A stretch of DNA of 63,764 bases, filler included, from Actinomycetota bacterium (GTDB lineage Bacteria > Actinomycetota > Actinomycetes > JAKEEW01): the NCBI GenBank assembly GCA_046725875.1. It is 4 parts of 4 records of this genome, joined end to end, with 100 filler letters (N's around TTAATTAATTAA, not from the genome) between each part and the next. Parts side by side here need not be neighbours in the genome. Positions count along the whole stretch, not along the records: positions 32,078 to 51,127 come from JBKOZJ010000016.1; 3 more parts are not named here. One strand, written 5' to 3'. Positions 38,961 to 49,706 of this stretch are shown piece by piece (the stretch's first letter is position 1; each line of letters opens with the position of its first letter). The notes under the pieces were generated by a model. That model ran no database searches. It was given only the letters and a program-made list of their open reading frames with translations, and was not told the origin of the DNA. Position numbers and translations under genes: made by a program.

Positions 38961-40477
38961 CCGACCGGCGAGCCCTGCGCCGGTTGGCGGCCGGCACTGT
39001 TCTCGTCGCATTCGACGGTACGCAGGCACCCGGCTGGCTGCTTACTGCGCTCGGTGACGACGGATACGCCGGCGTGTGCCTGTTCGGCAGCAACATCGCG
39101 TCCGATGAACAGGTCGCCGGCCTGACCGCCCGGCTGCGGGCAGCCTCCCCGCACACCATCGTCTCGGTCGACGAGGAGGGCGGTGACGTCACCCGGCTCG
39201 CCCACGCCTACGGCAGCCCATACCCCGGGAACGCAGCATTGGGAGCCGTGGACGACCCGGAGCTGACCGAGCGGGTCTACCACGCGATCGGCGCCGACCT
39301 CGGCGCCCTCGGTTTCACCCTCGACTTCGCGCCGAGCGCCGATGTGAACAGCGCGGACGACAATCCTGTCATCGGAACCCGCAGCTTCGGCGCGGATCCG
39401 GACCTGGTCGCCCGGCACACCGCGGCTGCGGTGCGAGGGCTGCACCGGGCCGGCATCAGGGCTTGTGTGAAGCACTTCCCTGGGCACGGCGCGACGAGCG
39501 TGGACTCACATTTCGCCGTTCCTACCGTGGACATAGCTCTCGACGTGCTGCACAAGCGTGAGCTTGCACCATTCGTCGCGGCCATCGAGGCGGGGGTCGA
39601 CGTGGTGATGACCGGTCATGTACGGGTCCCGGTCGTCACCGGCGACGTGCCGGCCACGCTCAGCCGCGCCGCACTCACCGACCTGCTTCGCGGCGAGCTC
39701 GATTTCGATGGCGTGGTCGTCTCCGATTCGATGGAAATGGCCGCGATCCGCGCCACTGTAGGTATGGCTGACGGTGCCGCCCTCGCTCTGGCGGCCGGCG
39801 CGGACCTGTTGTGTACGGGTGGCGAGCTGCGCGGGCGTGACATCGTCGATCCCATGGTCGAGGCGATCGTCCGCGCGGTCGAGAAGGGCACGCTTTCGGA
39901 GGAGCGGCTGGTCGAAGCGAGCGTGCGAGTCCGGCGCCTCGGCGCACCATCGGCCGGCGCGAAGGCGTCCGGATCGAGTGCAGATCCCAACAGTGTGTCG
40001 GGTGCGGCAGCACCGGGCGGCGCGATCGCGGACGGAGCCGTCGGCCTTCAGGCCGCGCGCCGGGCCGTTCGGGTGCTTGCGGGCTACCCCCACCCATTGC
40101 GTGCGCCGCTCGTCGTCGAGCTGAACGCACGGCCTGGCATGGCGGTCGGCTTCGTGCCGTGGGGCCTTGCGGCGTCGCTGTCCGACCTGCTTGCTGGAAC
40201 CGAGGTACGCCGGGTCACCGAGGACACCGCCGACGTTGCGACGCTCCTCGATGCCGCGGTCGGCCGCTCGCTCGTTGTCGTCACCCGGGACGCCCACCGC
40301 TTCGACTGGCAGCACCGCCTGGTCGCCGCGCTCACCGCCCGGCGAAGCGACGTCGTGGTCGTCGAGATGGGCCTGCCGGCCTGGCGCCCCAGTGGTGCCG
40401 CCGCCTTCGTCGCAACCTACGGCGCCGGCCGGTCCAACGGCCGGGCCGCTGCAGAACTGCTCGCCGGCGCGCGCTAG
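38957..40477 (+). CDS. GH3 beta-N-acetylhexosaminidase (DasD/NagZ-like)
   Basis: VDEEGGDVTRL, NPVIGTRSFG, KHFPGHGATSVDSH, VVSDSMEM. Confidence 0.93.
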   Translation: MTDRRALRRLAAGTVLVAFDGTQAPGWLLTALGDDGYAGVCLFGSNIASDEQVAGLTARLRAASPHTIVSVDEEGGDVTRLAHAYGSPYPGNAALGAVDDPELTERVYHAIGADLGALGFTLDFAPSADVNSADDNPVIGTRSFGADPDLVARHTAAAVRGLHRAGIRACVKHFPGHGATSVDSHFAVPTVDIALDVLHKRELAPFVAAIEAGVDVVMTGHVRVPVVTGDVPATLSRAALTDLLRGELDFDGVVVSDSMEMAAIRATVGMADGAALALAAGADLLCTGGELRGRDIVDPMVEAIVRAVEKGTLSEERLVEASVRVRRLGAPSAGAKASGSSADPNSVSGAAAPGGAIADGAVGLQAARRAVRVLAGYPHPLRAPLVVELNARPGMAVGFVPWGLAASLSDLLAGTEVRRVTEDTADVATLLDAAVGRSLVVVTRDAHRFDWQHRLVAALTARRSDVVVVEMGLPAWRPSGAAAFVATYGAGRSNGRAAAELLAGAR

Positions 40478-40534
40478 CTCGCGGGCCTCGCCCGAGGCTC
40501 CCGCGTCGGGCGGTTCCCCTGCGAGGATCGTGAC

Positions 40535-41323
40535 ATGCCCGAAGGCGACGTGGTGTGGCGCACCGCGCGACGGCTGCATGAGGCGCTGGGCGGCCACACC
40601 CTCGCGGTCTCCGACTTTCGGGTGCCGCGCTTCGCCACCGCATCGCTGGCCGGCCAAGACGTCACCGAAGTCGTCTCCCGCGGAAAGCACTTGCTGCTGC
40701 GGACGTCGGCTCGGATCACGCTCCACACTCATCTGCAAATGGATGGTCGCTGGATGTCCGGTCCAGTCGGGCGGGCCCGGCGGGCCGGGCCATGGCGCGA
40801 GATCCGGGTGGTCCTCGCGAACGATACGTACGAGGCGGTCGGCTACCGGTTGCCTGTCGTCGAGTTGTTGCACAGTAGGACCGAGCATTCCGTCGTTGGG
40901 CATCTTGGCCCGGACCTGCTCGGCCCCGACTGGGACCCGGACACCGCGGTGTCGAACATCCGCGCCGGACCGGAACGCAGAGTGGGCGAAGCCCTGCTCG
41001 ACCAGCGAAATCTCGCCGGTATCGGCACGATCTACCGGGCCGAGAGCTGCTTCGTCGCCGGCGTCTCGCCGTTCTCGCCGGTTGCCGCCATCACCGACCT
41101 GCGAGAACTCGTCGTCGTGGCCCAGCGGCAACTCGCGGCCGGTGCGCGCAATCCGCAGGGTGGTACCAGAGGAGATCCGCGCGCCCGCTATTGGGTGTAC
41201 GGACGGGCGGGGCTACCGTGTCGGCGCTGCGGCACTCTGATCTCCTCCCGGGAACTGGGTCCGGCCGGCATGGCGCGGATCGTCTACTGGTGCGCGCGCT
41301 GCCAGCCGGCGCATAGTGGCTAA
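40535..41323 (+). CDS. nei: Fpg/Nei DNA glycosylase (endonuclease VIII-like)
   Basis: N-terminal PEG, RGKHLL, LLDQRNLAGIG, CxxC...CxxC zinc finger. Confidence 0.93.
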   Translation: MPEGDVVWRTARRLHEALGGHTLAVSDFRVPRFATASLAGQDVTEVVSRGKHLLLRTSARITLHTHLQMDGRWMSGPVGRARRAGPWREIRVVLANDTYEAVGYRLPVVELLHSRTEHSVVGHLGPDLLGPDWDPDTAVSNIRAGPERRVGEALLDQRNLAGIGTIYRAESCFVAGVSPFSPVAAITDLRELVVVAQRQLAAGARNPQGGTRGDPRARYWVYGRAGLPCRRCGTLISSRELGPAGMARIVYWCARCQPAHSG

Positions 41324-41354
41324 GAGACGTTCGTCGCATCCGCACCGTTATCAA

Positions 41355-41412
41355 CGAGCTCTGAAGCGGCGACGCCTGTACGCCGAGCTTTGAAGCGGCG
41401 ACGCCCGTACGC
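41355..41412. repeat. 29-bp tandem duplication (x2)
   Basis: CGAGCTCTGAAGCGGCGACGCCTGTACGC / CGAGCTTTGAAGCGGCGACGCCCGTACGC. Confidence 0.9.
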
Positions 41413-41475
41413 GTCCGGACGTTTCCGTTCGCTGCTCGCGGGCACTGACAAATCGGCTGCCGAAGGAGGTAGGCC

Positions 41476-41946
41476 ATGCCGGATCGAGCGATTGTCGTTC
41501 TCATCCTCGCCGCTGTGGCACTTGTCATGACCCTCGCCCTCATGAACGCCAACAGCGTTATGCGCATCGGTCGGCCACGGCCCGACCAAGAGAGTGCATA
41601 TGGGTCTGAACCCGTGTCATCCGCGCGGCGCGGCCGGGTCGTGCGAGTCGTGCGGACCAGGCGGCGCATCCCTGGCCGGCGGCGTCCAGCGGACGAGGAG
41701 ATTTACGCAGACCACGACCCGCGCTTCATCGGGCCGCCTCCGGTTGACCCATGGTATGGCCGCGGGTGGCGGACGCGACTGCGCCGCCGCATCACGTCGT
41801 CTGCGACCGTGCCCGTGGTGGAGCGCGTCGAACCAGCACCGGTCGACGGCGACGACGGAACCGGCAACCCACTGGCCGAACCTGAAGAGGATCGACCAGC
41901 GGTCGACGACATCGAGCGGCAGGACGAGCACGACCGGCTGATTTAG
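41476..41946 (+). CDS. Hypothetical membrane-anchored protein
   Basis: RBS AGGAGG, N-terminal hydrophobic helix, Arg-rich then acidic tail. Confidence 0.6.
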   Translation: MPDRAIVVLILAAVALVMTLALMNANSVMRIGRPRPDQESAYGSEPVSSARRGRVVRVVRTRRRIPGRRRPADEEIYADHDPRFIGPPPVDPWYGRGWRTRLRRRITSSATVPVVERVEPAPVDGDDGTGNPLAEPEEDRPAVDDIERQDEHDRLI

Positions 41947-42008
41947 GGCCGATAGCGCGACCCACCCGAGCCGGGGGGATCCCGTACCAGAAAGCGCTCA
42001 GGCAGCGC

Positions 42009-42362
42009 TCAGACACCGGCGAAGGCGTCTGGCATTCGAACCGAGCCATCCGGGTTGCTTGGCACCCGGTCGGGCTGCGGCGCCGGAATTTGCTCGAAGA
42101 CCGAGCGAAGCTCTTCTGCCGTGGTCAGCTCGGCGATGGCGATCCGATCGCTTACCTCGCGGAATACCTCGGACATCCGGACGCCGAGGGCCTCGCAGAT
42201 GCTGGCAAGCAGCTCGGACGACGCCTCCTTCTGGCCTCGCTCGACCTCTGATAGGTAGCCAAGGGAGACCTTTGCGGCTTTGGACACCTCACGAAGGGTG
42301 CGTCCCTGGCCCTGCCGATGGCGGCGAAGAACATCGCCGAGCAGTCGACGAAGCAAGATCAC
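42009..42362 (-). CDS. clgR: XRE-family regulator ClgR
   Basis: [45 protein letters not shown]; conserved position after cinA. Confidence 0.9.
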   Translation of the reverse strand: MILLRRLLGDVLRRHRQGQGRTLREVSKAAKVSLGYLSEVERGQKEASSELLASICEALGVRMSEVFREVSDRIAIAELTTAEELRSVFEQIPAPQPDRVPSNPDGSVRMPDAFAGV

Positions 42363-42526
42363 CGGCACGCACCCCCTTCGACAGGGTCGATCAACCCATC
42401 CGACTCCTCTACCGTACCCGCTCCGGCCGACAACCGGCCGGATGGAGGCCTGTACAAAGACATTCGAAGGCGTCCTATCTCGGGCCCGGCCCGGCTCACG
42501 GCGACGACGGAGAGCCTGTAGCCGAG

Positions 42527-43048
42527 TCAACGCCTCGGGTCGCGGCGGTCATTCCGCCCGAAGGTCCGGTCGAGGAGGGCGAGCGCCTGGCTCACGGCCG
42601 CGGCGCGGATCTGTCGCCGGTCGCCGGTAAGTTCCAACCGCTGAACCGATCGCTCGGTCGGGCCGCTGACCGCGACGAAGACGGTCCCGACCGGCTGACC
42701 GTCCTGGCTGTCCGGTCCCGCGACGCCGGTAGTCGCAACGCCGTACGTTGCGCCGAGCCGCCGCCGAACGCCATCGGCCATCGCCATGGCGACCTCGGGG
42801 TCCACGGCACCCCTAGCGGCGAGGAGCGTTCCGGCGACTCCGAGCAGTCGCTCCTTGATCGCTGTCGCGTAAGCGGTCACCGACCCCATGAAGACCTCCG
42901 ATGCGCCCGGCCGCTCTGTGATCGCCGCCGCGAGGAGGCCGCCGGTAAGGGATTCGGCGATTGCGATGGATTCCCCACGCTCGAGCAGGACCTCAAGGAT
43001 TCGGGCGACCAGCTCCGCGTCAGGCCGGCCGGATCCGCTACCGGTCAT
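42527..43048 (-). CDS. cinA: CinA C-terminal domain / NMN deamidase PncC
   Basis: [25 protein letters not shown]. Confidence 0.92.
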   Translation of the reverse strand: MTGSGSGRPDAELVARILEVLLERGESIAIAESLTGGLLAAAITERPGASEVFMGSVTAYATAIKERLLGVAGTLLAARGAVDPEVAMAMADGVRRRLGATYGVATTGVAGPDSQDGQPVGTVFVAVSGPTERSVQRLELTGDRRQIRAAAVSQALALLDRTFGRNDRRDPRR

Positions 43049-43728
43049 GACTCGGCCCGGCGACGACGAAGGCGCAGGGCGCGGAGGACGTAGTCGATGC
43101 CTGTCGCTACCGTCACTACCACGGCCACGGCCATCACCCCGGCCGCGATGGTATGAGCAACGCCCTCGAGCGGGAGGACGTACAGCCCGATCGCAAGGAT
43201 CTGCAGCGCCGTCTTAACCTTGCCGCCTCGGCTAGCCGGGATGACCCCATGCCGGATGACCCAGAACCGCAGCAGTGTGACGCCGATTTCGCGGACGAGC
43301 ACGACGACCGTCACCCACCAGGGCAGTTCGCCTAGCACCGAGAGGCCGACGAGCGCCGTCCCGGTCAGCGCCTTGTCCGCGATTGGGTCCGCGATCTTGC
43401 CGAAATCCGTGATCAATCCGCGGCGGCGGGCCAGATCCCCGTCGATGTGGTCGGTCGCGGAGGCGACGACGAAGACGACGAAGGCGACGATCCGCCAGGC
43501 CGTGGCGTCGCCGCCGTCGTGGAAGAGCAAGACCGCGAATAGCGGTACGAGCAGCAGCCGCAGCACGGTCAACCCGTTCGCGATGTTCCAGGTGCTCACC
43601 GAGGGCGCGACGGGGGCCCCGAGCGGATCCGGCCGGCCACCCCGATCCAGCCGCGGGCGTCGCTGCGCCGGGTGGGTCAGGTCCGGGACTCCAGCTGTGG
43701 AGTCGTCCTGGCGAGATTGAGCGGTCAC
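43045..43728 (-). CDS. pgsA: CDP-diacylglycerol--glycerol-3-phosphate 3-phosphatidyltransferase
   Basis: [38 protein letters not shown]. Confidence 0.95.
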   Translation of the reverse strand: MTAQSRQDDSTAGVPDLTHPAQRRPRLDRGGRPDPLGAPVAPSVSTWNIANGLTVLRLLLVPLFAVLLFHDGGDATAWRIVAFVVFVVASATDHIDGDLARRRGLITDFGKIADPIADKALTGTALVGLSVLGELPWWVTVVVLVREIGVTLLRFWVIRHGVIPASRGGKVKTALQILAIGLYVLPLEGVAHTIAAGVMAVAVVVTVATGIDYVLRALRLRRRRAES

Positions 43729-45224
43729 TGGGGCTCGCCAAGCGGCCGGGCGATCAGGTCGACCCCGATCGCGTCGACGACCCTAGCCGGGACGACCGAG
43801 CCGACCGGAAAGGATGCATCGGAGTGGAGGGACGTCGTCCCATCGACCTCGGGCGCCTGATGCCTGGAGCGCCCCTCGGCGGTCCCCTCGACCAGCACGT
43901 CCACGGTCTCGCCAAGCCGCTCGCGGGCGCGCTCGGCGACAACCAGGTCGGCGAGCGCGGTGAGTCGCGCGACCCGGTCGCGGATCTCGTCCGCCGGCAG
44001 CTTCCCCTCCATCCGGACTGCCTCGGTCCCGTCCTCGTCCGAGTAGCCGAACACGCCGATCGCGTCGAGATGCGCCTCCGCCAGGAACCGCTCGAGCTCA
44101 GCAAGATCGTCGTCGGTCTCGCCGGGGAATCCGACAATGAAGTTCGAGCGCGCGCCCGCCGCTGGGCACCGCTTCCTAATCGTGTCTAGGAGCTCGAGAA
44201 AGCGTTCGGTCCCGCCGAATCGGCGCATCCGCCGCAGCACCGGCTGGCTCGCATGCTGGAATGACAGATCGAAATAGGGCACGACACCTGGCGTGTCGAT
44301 AAGGACGTCCACCAAACCGGGCCGCAGCTCGGCCGGCTGCAGGTAGCTCACCCGCACCCATTCGATGCCGTCGACCGCCGCGAGCTGTGGCAGCAGCGTC
44401 TCGAGCAACCGCAGGTCACCGAGGTCCTTGCCATAGGAAGTGGAGTTCTCCGAAACCAGGACGATCTCCCGTACACCCTGGTCGGCGAGCCAGCGCGCTT
44501 CCGCGACGATCTCCGCCGGAGGGCGGGAGACAAAGGCGCCGCGGAAGCTCGGGATCGCGCAGAAGCTGCACCGGCGGTCACAGCCCGAGGCGATCTTCAA
44601 TGGCGCGACGGGTCCGCTCCCGAGCCGCCGCCGCAATACCCGCTGCACCTCGAGCGGCGAACCCGCTCGGCCACCACCCGTCGCCCCCGCACGGCGCCCA
44701 CCCGCATCGGGGGAGCCCTGAGTCGACCGGAGCGCGGGCGGGTGCCCTTGAGATGTCTCCGGATCGAGTGCGGATTCCCTCCTATCGACATGTCGCTGGA
44801 CCGGTGTGATCGGCAGGAGGGTCCGTCGGTCGCGCGGCACATGTGGAGTGATCCGCTCGCCGGCGAGCACCGAACGCAGCCGGGCCGAAATGTCCCCATA
44901 GTGGTCGAAGCCGAGAACGGCGTCGGCTTCGGGCAGCGCCGCGGCCAGCTGGTCTCCGTAACGCTCCGCAAGACAGCCGACGGCCACAACTGCCCGCGGC
45001 CCCCCGTCCGCCTTAAGGTTGGCCGCCTCAAGCAGGGTCTGGATCGACTCGTTCTTCGCGGCCTCGATGAAGCCGCAGGTGTTGACGAGGGCCACCTCGG
45101 CCGCTTCGGGATCGTCGACCAGCTCCCAACCGTCTGCCGCCAGGCGGCCGGCGAGCTCCTCCGAGTCGACCTCGTTCCTGGCGCACCCGAGTGTCGTGAC
45201 CGCGATCGTTCGGGTGCTGGGCAT
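43725..45224 (-). CDS. rimO: Ribosomal protein S12 methylthiotransferase
   Basis: [37 protein letters not shown]. Confidence 0.96.
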   Translation of the reverse strand: MPSTRTIAVTTLGCARNEVDSEELAGRLAADGWELVDDPEAAEVALVNTCGFIEAAKNESIQTLLEAANLKADGGPRAVVAVGCLAERYGDQLAAALPEADAVLGFDHYGDISARLRSVLAGERITPHVPRDRRTLLPITPVQRHVDRRESALDPETSQGHPPALRSTQGSPDAGGRRAGATGGGRAGSPLEVQRVLRRRLGSGPVAPLKIASGCDRRCSFCAIPSFRGAFVSRPPAEIVAEARWLADQGVREIVLVSENSTSYGKDLGDLRLLETLLPQLAAVDGIEWVRVSYLQPAELRPGLVDVLIDTPGVVPYFDLSFQHASQPVLRRMRRFGGTERFLELLDTIRKRCPAAGARSNFIVGFPGETDDDLAELERFLAEAHLDAIGVFGYSDEDGTEAVRMEGKLPADEIRDRVARLTALADLVVAERARERLGETVDVLVEGTAEGRSRHQAPEVDGTTSLHSDASFPVGSVVPARVVDAIGVDLIARPLGEPQ

Positions 45225-45294
45225 ACCGCGAAGCCTACGGGCTCGGTACTCGCGACCGCCGCGAAGCGGGACAGATAGGGCGCTCTACGCGGCG

Positions 45295-47862
45295 CTATTC
45301 GCCGCGGATGGTTGAGAGAACATCCTCGAGATCGTCCGGCTTGACCAGGACGTCCCGCGCCTTCGGACCCTCGGACGGGCCGACGATGCCGCGTGACTCC
45401 ATGAGATCCATGAGCCGACCGGCCTTCGCGAAGCCGACCCGCAGCTTTCGCTGCAACATCGACGTAGAGCCGAACTGGGTAGCCACCACGTGCTCGATCG
45501 CCTGGCAGAGCAGGTCGACATCGTCGCCGATGTCCTCGTCAATGTCTCGCTTCTCGGTGGATCCGGTCATGATGTCTTCTCGGTAGGACGGCTGCAGCTG
45601 GCGCTTGCAGTGCGCGACCACCGCCTGTACCTCGGTCTCCGTTACGAGAGCGCCCTGGAGGCGGATCGGTTTGGCGGCGCCCATCGGCAGGAAGAGGGCA
45701 TCACCGAGTCCCACGAGCTTCTCCGCCCCGGGTTGATCGAGGATGACCCGGGAGTCCATCAGGGAGGATGTCGCAAAGGCGAGCCTGGACGGGACGTTCG
45801 CCTTGATCAGACCGGTAACGACGTCGACCGACGGTCGCTGAGTGGCGAGCACGAGGTGGATCCCGGCGGCCCGGGCCAACTGGGTGATCCGGACGATCGC
45901 GTCCTCCACGTCCCGCGGCGCGATCATCATGAGGTCGGCCAGCTCGTCCACGATCACCAGGAGGTACGGATAGGTCTGGTAGACGCGCTCGCTTCCGGGC
46001 GGCGCGGCGAGCCGGCCGGCCCGGACGGCCTTGTTGAAGTCGTCGATGTGCCGGAACCCGGTGCCAGCCAGGTCGTCGTAGCGCATGTCCATCTCACGCA
46101 CGACCCATTGCAGCGCCTCGGCGGCCTTCTTCGGACTGGTAATGATCGGCGTAATGAGGTGCGGGATGCCGTCATAGTGGGTCAGCTCGACCCGCTTCGG
46201 GTCGATGAGCACCATCCGCACCTCGTCGGGCGTCGCGCGAGCCAGCACCGACGTGACGAGGGTGTTGATGCAGGTCGACTTGCCGGAGCCGGTCGCGCCC
46301 GCGACGAGGATGTGCGGCATCTTTGTCAGGTTGGCGACGACATGCTGCCCCTCCACGTCCTTGCCGAGCCCGACGACCAGCGGATGATGGTCCGCTCGCG
46401 CGGCCGGAGAGCGGAGAATGTCGCCGAGACTGACCAGCTCTCGGTCGCGGTTGGGGATCTCTATCCCAATCGCCGATTTGCCCGGGATCGGCGACAAGAT
46501 GCGTACGTCCGCGGACGCGACCGCGTAAGCGATGTTCTTTGAAAGGGCTGTGACCCGCTCGACCTTCACTGCCGGGCCGAGCTCGACTTCGTAGCGGGTG
46601 ACCGTGGGACCTCGGCTGAAGCCGGTGACCTGAGCATCGATCTCGAATTGGTCGAACACCTCCGTTAGCGCGTCGACGACCGATTCGTTGGCCTTGCTAC
46701 GCACCCGATGCGGCGTCCCCGACTTCAGCAGCTCTGGCGGTGGCAGGTGGTAAGTGATGTCGCCGGAGAGGAGAAGCTGCTCGCTGCGCGGCGGCGGCAT
46801 GGTGTGCTGCGGCGGGTCGCTGGGCGGCGCGCTCGGCAGGCTCCTACGCAGCGCGGCTCCTTCAAGTACCGTCGCGACGTCGGATCGCGGCTTCCCAGCC
46901 AAGGCCACTGCGCCGGTGGCATCCGCGTTGGGGCCGCTCACCGCGCGGAGGGTGTCGCCGGTCCGGCCCACGCCGGCGAGCGCACCGATCCGCCGGCGAG
47001 GTCGGGTGCGCCGCAACCGCCCCGTCGTCGCAGGCGCAGCCGCGGCCTCGCCGATGGCCTCGGCCTCGCCGATGGCATCGGTACGCTTCGTTTCGGGAAA
47101 GCCGATGATCAATCCGGCAAGGAGTCGCAGGCGTTCCGGCAGCGCGTACACCGGTGTCGCCGTAACCACGAGGACGCCGAACGTCGCGAGCAGTCCGAGC
47201 AACGCGAGCGCGACGTATTGCGTCAAGGCCGTGACTAGCGGCCACGCCAGCACGAAGCCAATCGCACCGCCCGCGTCCCTAAGGTCAGCTCCGTCGTTTG
47301 GCTCCGGGGTTCCGGCGTAGACGTGGACCAGCCCAACCACGCCGAGCAGGAGGGCGGTCCAGCCGATCACGATCCTGCCGGTTTCGGGGGTCTGGTCCGG
47401 GTGCCGCAGGAACCGCACGCCAAGCGCGGCGACGAGCACCGGAACCGCCCACGCCACCACGCCGAACGTCGCGCTCACCCCCTGCGCAACCGTTTCCGGG
47501 ACCGCGCCTTTGTCCTGCAGCCAGATCGCCGAAGCGAGGACGACCGCAAGGCCCACCAAGCCCAGCCCAAGCCCGTCCCTACGGTGCGCCGGGTCGAGCT
47601 CCCGCGCACTGTTACCGAAGCCACGTGCGATTCCACCAACGACGTGGGCGATGCCGAGCCACCCGCTGCGAATCAGAAGTCCAATGCCACAGAACAGCGC
47701 GAGAAGCAGGTTCCGTCGTCGCGGGGTCCGCTTGCGCCGTGAGCTCGCCGCCCGCGCCTTTGCCGGGCGCGCCTTCCTTCCGGTACGCCCCGACGCGGAG
47801 CCACCACCTCGGCTCGACTCCGAAGTGCGGCTCCGCGCGCTCGCCGACGTACGCGCCGCCAC
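45295..47862 (-). CDS. ftsK: DNA translocase FtsK
   Basis: N-terminal TM block, GPTVTRYE, AGATGSGKS, VDELADLM, ATQRPS, gamma domain STSMLQRKLRVGFAKAGRLMD. Confidence 0.97.
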   Translation of the reverse strand: MAARTSASARSRTSESSRGGGSASGRTGRKARPAKARAASSRRKRTPRRRNLLLALFCGIGLLIRSGWLGIAHVVGGIARGFGNSARELDPAHRRDGLGLGLVGLAVVLASAIWLQDKGAVPETVAQGVSATFGVVAWAVPVLVAALGVRFLRHPDQTPETGRIVIGWTALLLGVVGLVHVYAGTPEPNDGADLRDAGGAIGFVLAWPLVTALTQYVALALLGLLATFGVLVVTATPVYALPERLRLLAGLIIGFPETKRTDAIGEAEAIGEAAAAPATTGRLRRTRPRRRIGALAGVGRTGDTLRAVSGPNADATGAVALAGKPRSDVATVLEGAALRRSLPSAPPSDPPQHTMPPPRSEQLLLSGDITYHLPPPELLKSGTPHRVRSKANESVVDALTEVFDQFEIDAQVTGFSRGPTVTRYEVELGPAVKVERVTALSKNIAYAVASADVRILSPIPGKSAIGIEIPNRDRELVSLGDILRSPAARADHHPLVVGLGKDVEGQHVVANLTKMPHILVAGATGSGKSTCINTLVTSVLARATPDEVRMVLIDPKRVELTHYDGIPHLITPIITSPKKAAEALQWVVREMDMRYDDLAGTGFRHIDDFNKAVRAGRLAAPPGSERVYQTYPYLLVIVDELADLMMIAPRDVEDAIVRITQLARAAGIHLVLATQRPSVDVVTGLIKANVPSRLAFATSSLMDSRVILDQPGAEKLVGLGDALFLPMGAAKPIRLQGALVTETEVQAVVAHCKRQLQPSYREDIMTGSTEKRDIDEDIGDDVDLLCQAIEHVVATQFGSTSMLQRKLRVGFAKAGRLMDLMESRGIVGPSEGPKARDVLVKPDDLEDVLSTIRGE

Positions 47863-47965
47863 GATTGCGAGGCTAGCTGCTCGCGCCAGCCCTCCGCCGC
47901 ATCCCGCCACGGTCACCCACCCGTGTCGCCGGGCACAACGATGCGGCGGAGCTTGGCTCTCTCCG

Positions 47966-49651
47966 TCACACTTCGACAATGACGGGGACGATCATGGGGC
48001 GGCGGCGGAACTTCTCGCTGACCCAGCGGCCCACCGTGCGGCGCACGAGCTGGCGCAGCTGATAGATGTCGGAGACGCCCTCCCGGGCCGCGTCGGCGAG
48101 AGCCACCTCGATCAGGCTGCGCGCCTCGTCGAAGACCGCATCGTCCTCGGCGAAACCGCGGGCGTGGATCTCCGGCCCGCCAGTCAGCTTTCCGGTCGCC
48201 GAATCGACGACGACGAAGACGGAGACGAATCCCTCCTCGCCCAGGATCCGACGGTCCTTCAGCTCCGCGTCGCTCACGTCACCGATCGACAGCCCGTCCA
48301 CGTAGACGTATCCACACTGGACGGCGCCGGCGACCCGGGCCAGGCCGTTGACGAGGTCGACGACTACACCATCGTCGGCGAGCACCATCCGGCTCACCGG
48401 GACACCCGTGGAGGCGGCTAGCTCGCCGGCTGCGCGCAGGTGGCGCCATTCTCCGTGGATCGGCATGAGGTTGCGCGGCCGCAGCAGGTTGAATACGTAC
48501 AACAGCTCCCCGGCCGGAGCGTGCCCGGACACGTGCACCAACGCGTTGTTCCTGTGCACGACCCGCGCGCCCCACCGGCTCAGCCCGTTGACGACCCGGT
48601 TTACGTCGGCCTCGTTGCCCGGAATCATCGACGATGCGAGGATCACCGTGTCCCCGTCCACGATTCGAATCGGGTGGTCGCGGTTGGCCATCCGAGACAG
48701 GACGGACATCGGCTCCCCTTGGGAACCCGTACAGATCAGAGCCACGTCGGAGGGTGGCAGCTCGTCGAGCTCCCGGACGTCGACGACCAGGCCCGCCGGC
48801 ACCCGAAGGTAACCAAGGTCGCGCGCCACGCCCATGTTGCGGATCATCGACCGCCCGACGAAGGCGACCCTCCGGCCGCACTCCGCGGCCGCGTCGAGAA
48901 TCTGCTGCACGCGGTGCACATGGCTGGCGAACGACGCGACGATGACCCGGCGCTCGGCCTGAGCGAACACCTGCCGCAGCACGGGTGCGATCTCCCGCTC
49001 GCTCGTGATGAAGCCCGGGACCTCGGCGTTCGTCGAGTCGCACAGGAGCAGGTCGACGCCCTCCTCGCCTAGCCTGGCGAACGCGTGCAGATCGGTGAGC
49101 CGGCCATCAAGCGGGAGCTGGTCCATCTTGAAGTCACCGGTGTGAAGCACCAGTCCCGCCGGGGTTCGGATGGCAACGGCCAGCGCGTCTGGGATCGAGT
49201 GGTTCACGGCGACGAACTCGCAGTCGAACGGGCCGATGCGTTCGCGCTGCCCCTCCTTGACCTCGAGCGTGTAGGGCGTGATCCGGTGCTCGACCAGCTT
49301 CGACTCGACGAAGGCGAGGGTGAGCCGGGAGCCTACGAGAACGATGTCCGGCTTCTCCCGCAGCAGGTACGGGACCGCGCCGATATGGTCCTCGTGCGCG
49401 TGGGTGAGCAGAAGCGCGTCGACCTGGTCCAAGCGGGGACGGAGATACTCGAAGTCCGGCAGGATCAGGTCCACCCCCGGCTGCTCGGTGTCGGGGAAGA
49501 GGACGCCGCAGTCGACCACGAGCAGGCGGCCGGCGTACTCGAACACCGTCATGTTGCGGCCGATCTCGCCAAGACCGCCGAGGGCAACGACCCGGAGCCC
49601 ACCCACGGGCAACTCGGGCGGTGGTCCGAGCTCGGGATGTGGATGACTCAT
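47966..49651 (-). CDS. rnj: Ribonuclease J
   Basis: LGGLGEIGRNM, THAHEDHIG, GSQGEP, HVSGH, PIHGE. Confidence 0.97.
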   Translation of the reverse strand: MSHPHPELGPPPELPVGGLRVVALGGLGEIGRNMTVFEYAGRLLVVDCGVLFPDTEQPGVDLILPDFEYLRPRLDQVDALLLTHAHEDHIGAVPYLLREKPDIVLVGSRLTLAFVESKLVEHRITPYTLEVKEGQRERIGPFDCEFVAVNHSIPDALAVAIRTPAGLVLHTGDFKMDQLPLDGRLTDLHAFARLGEEGVDLLLCDSTNAEVPGFITSEREIAPVLRQVFAQAERRVIVASFASHVHRVQQILDAAAECGRRVAFVGRSMIRNMGVARDLGYLRVPAGLVVDVRELDELPPSDVALICTGSQGEPMSVLSRMANRDHPIRIVDGDTVILASSMIPGNEADVNRVVNGLSRWGARVVHRNNALVHVSGHAPAGELLYVFNLLRPRNLMPIHGEWRHLRAAGELAASTGVPVSRMVLADDGVVVDLVNGLARVAGAVQCGYVYVDGLSIGDVSDAELKDRRILGEEGFVSVFVVVDSATGKLTGGPEIHARGFAEDDAVFDEARSLIEVALADAAREGVSDIYQLRQLVRRTVGRWVSEKFRRRPMIVPVIVEV

Positions 49652-49706
49652 CCGCCGCGTCCGATCTTGTACGAGGCCGAGCCCGACCGGCCGTGCGCCG
49701 GAAAGG

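Noticed and set aside
40504..40534. PafBC-type promoter before nei
   Set aside because: GTCGG/GGCGG and GAGGAT are present, but the spacing and bases do not fit TGTCGG-N10-TANNNT
22182..41131. Long alternative-frame or antisense ORFs (22182-23735, 27831-29765, 39506-41131) and the long N-terminal extensions at 23111, 37662 and 38327
   Set aside because: Shadow ORFs typical of high-GC DNA; they overlap well-supported genes whose real starts have an RBS or stop-start overlaps
41355..41412. 29-bp repeat as a CRISPR array
   Set aside because: Only two abutting copies, no spacer and no cas genes
44640..44800. Low-complexity insertion in RimO as an intein or mobile insert
   Set aside because: No intein terminal residues; a variable linker at this position is usual in actinobacterial RimO
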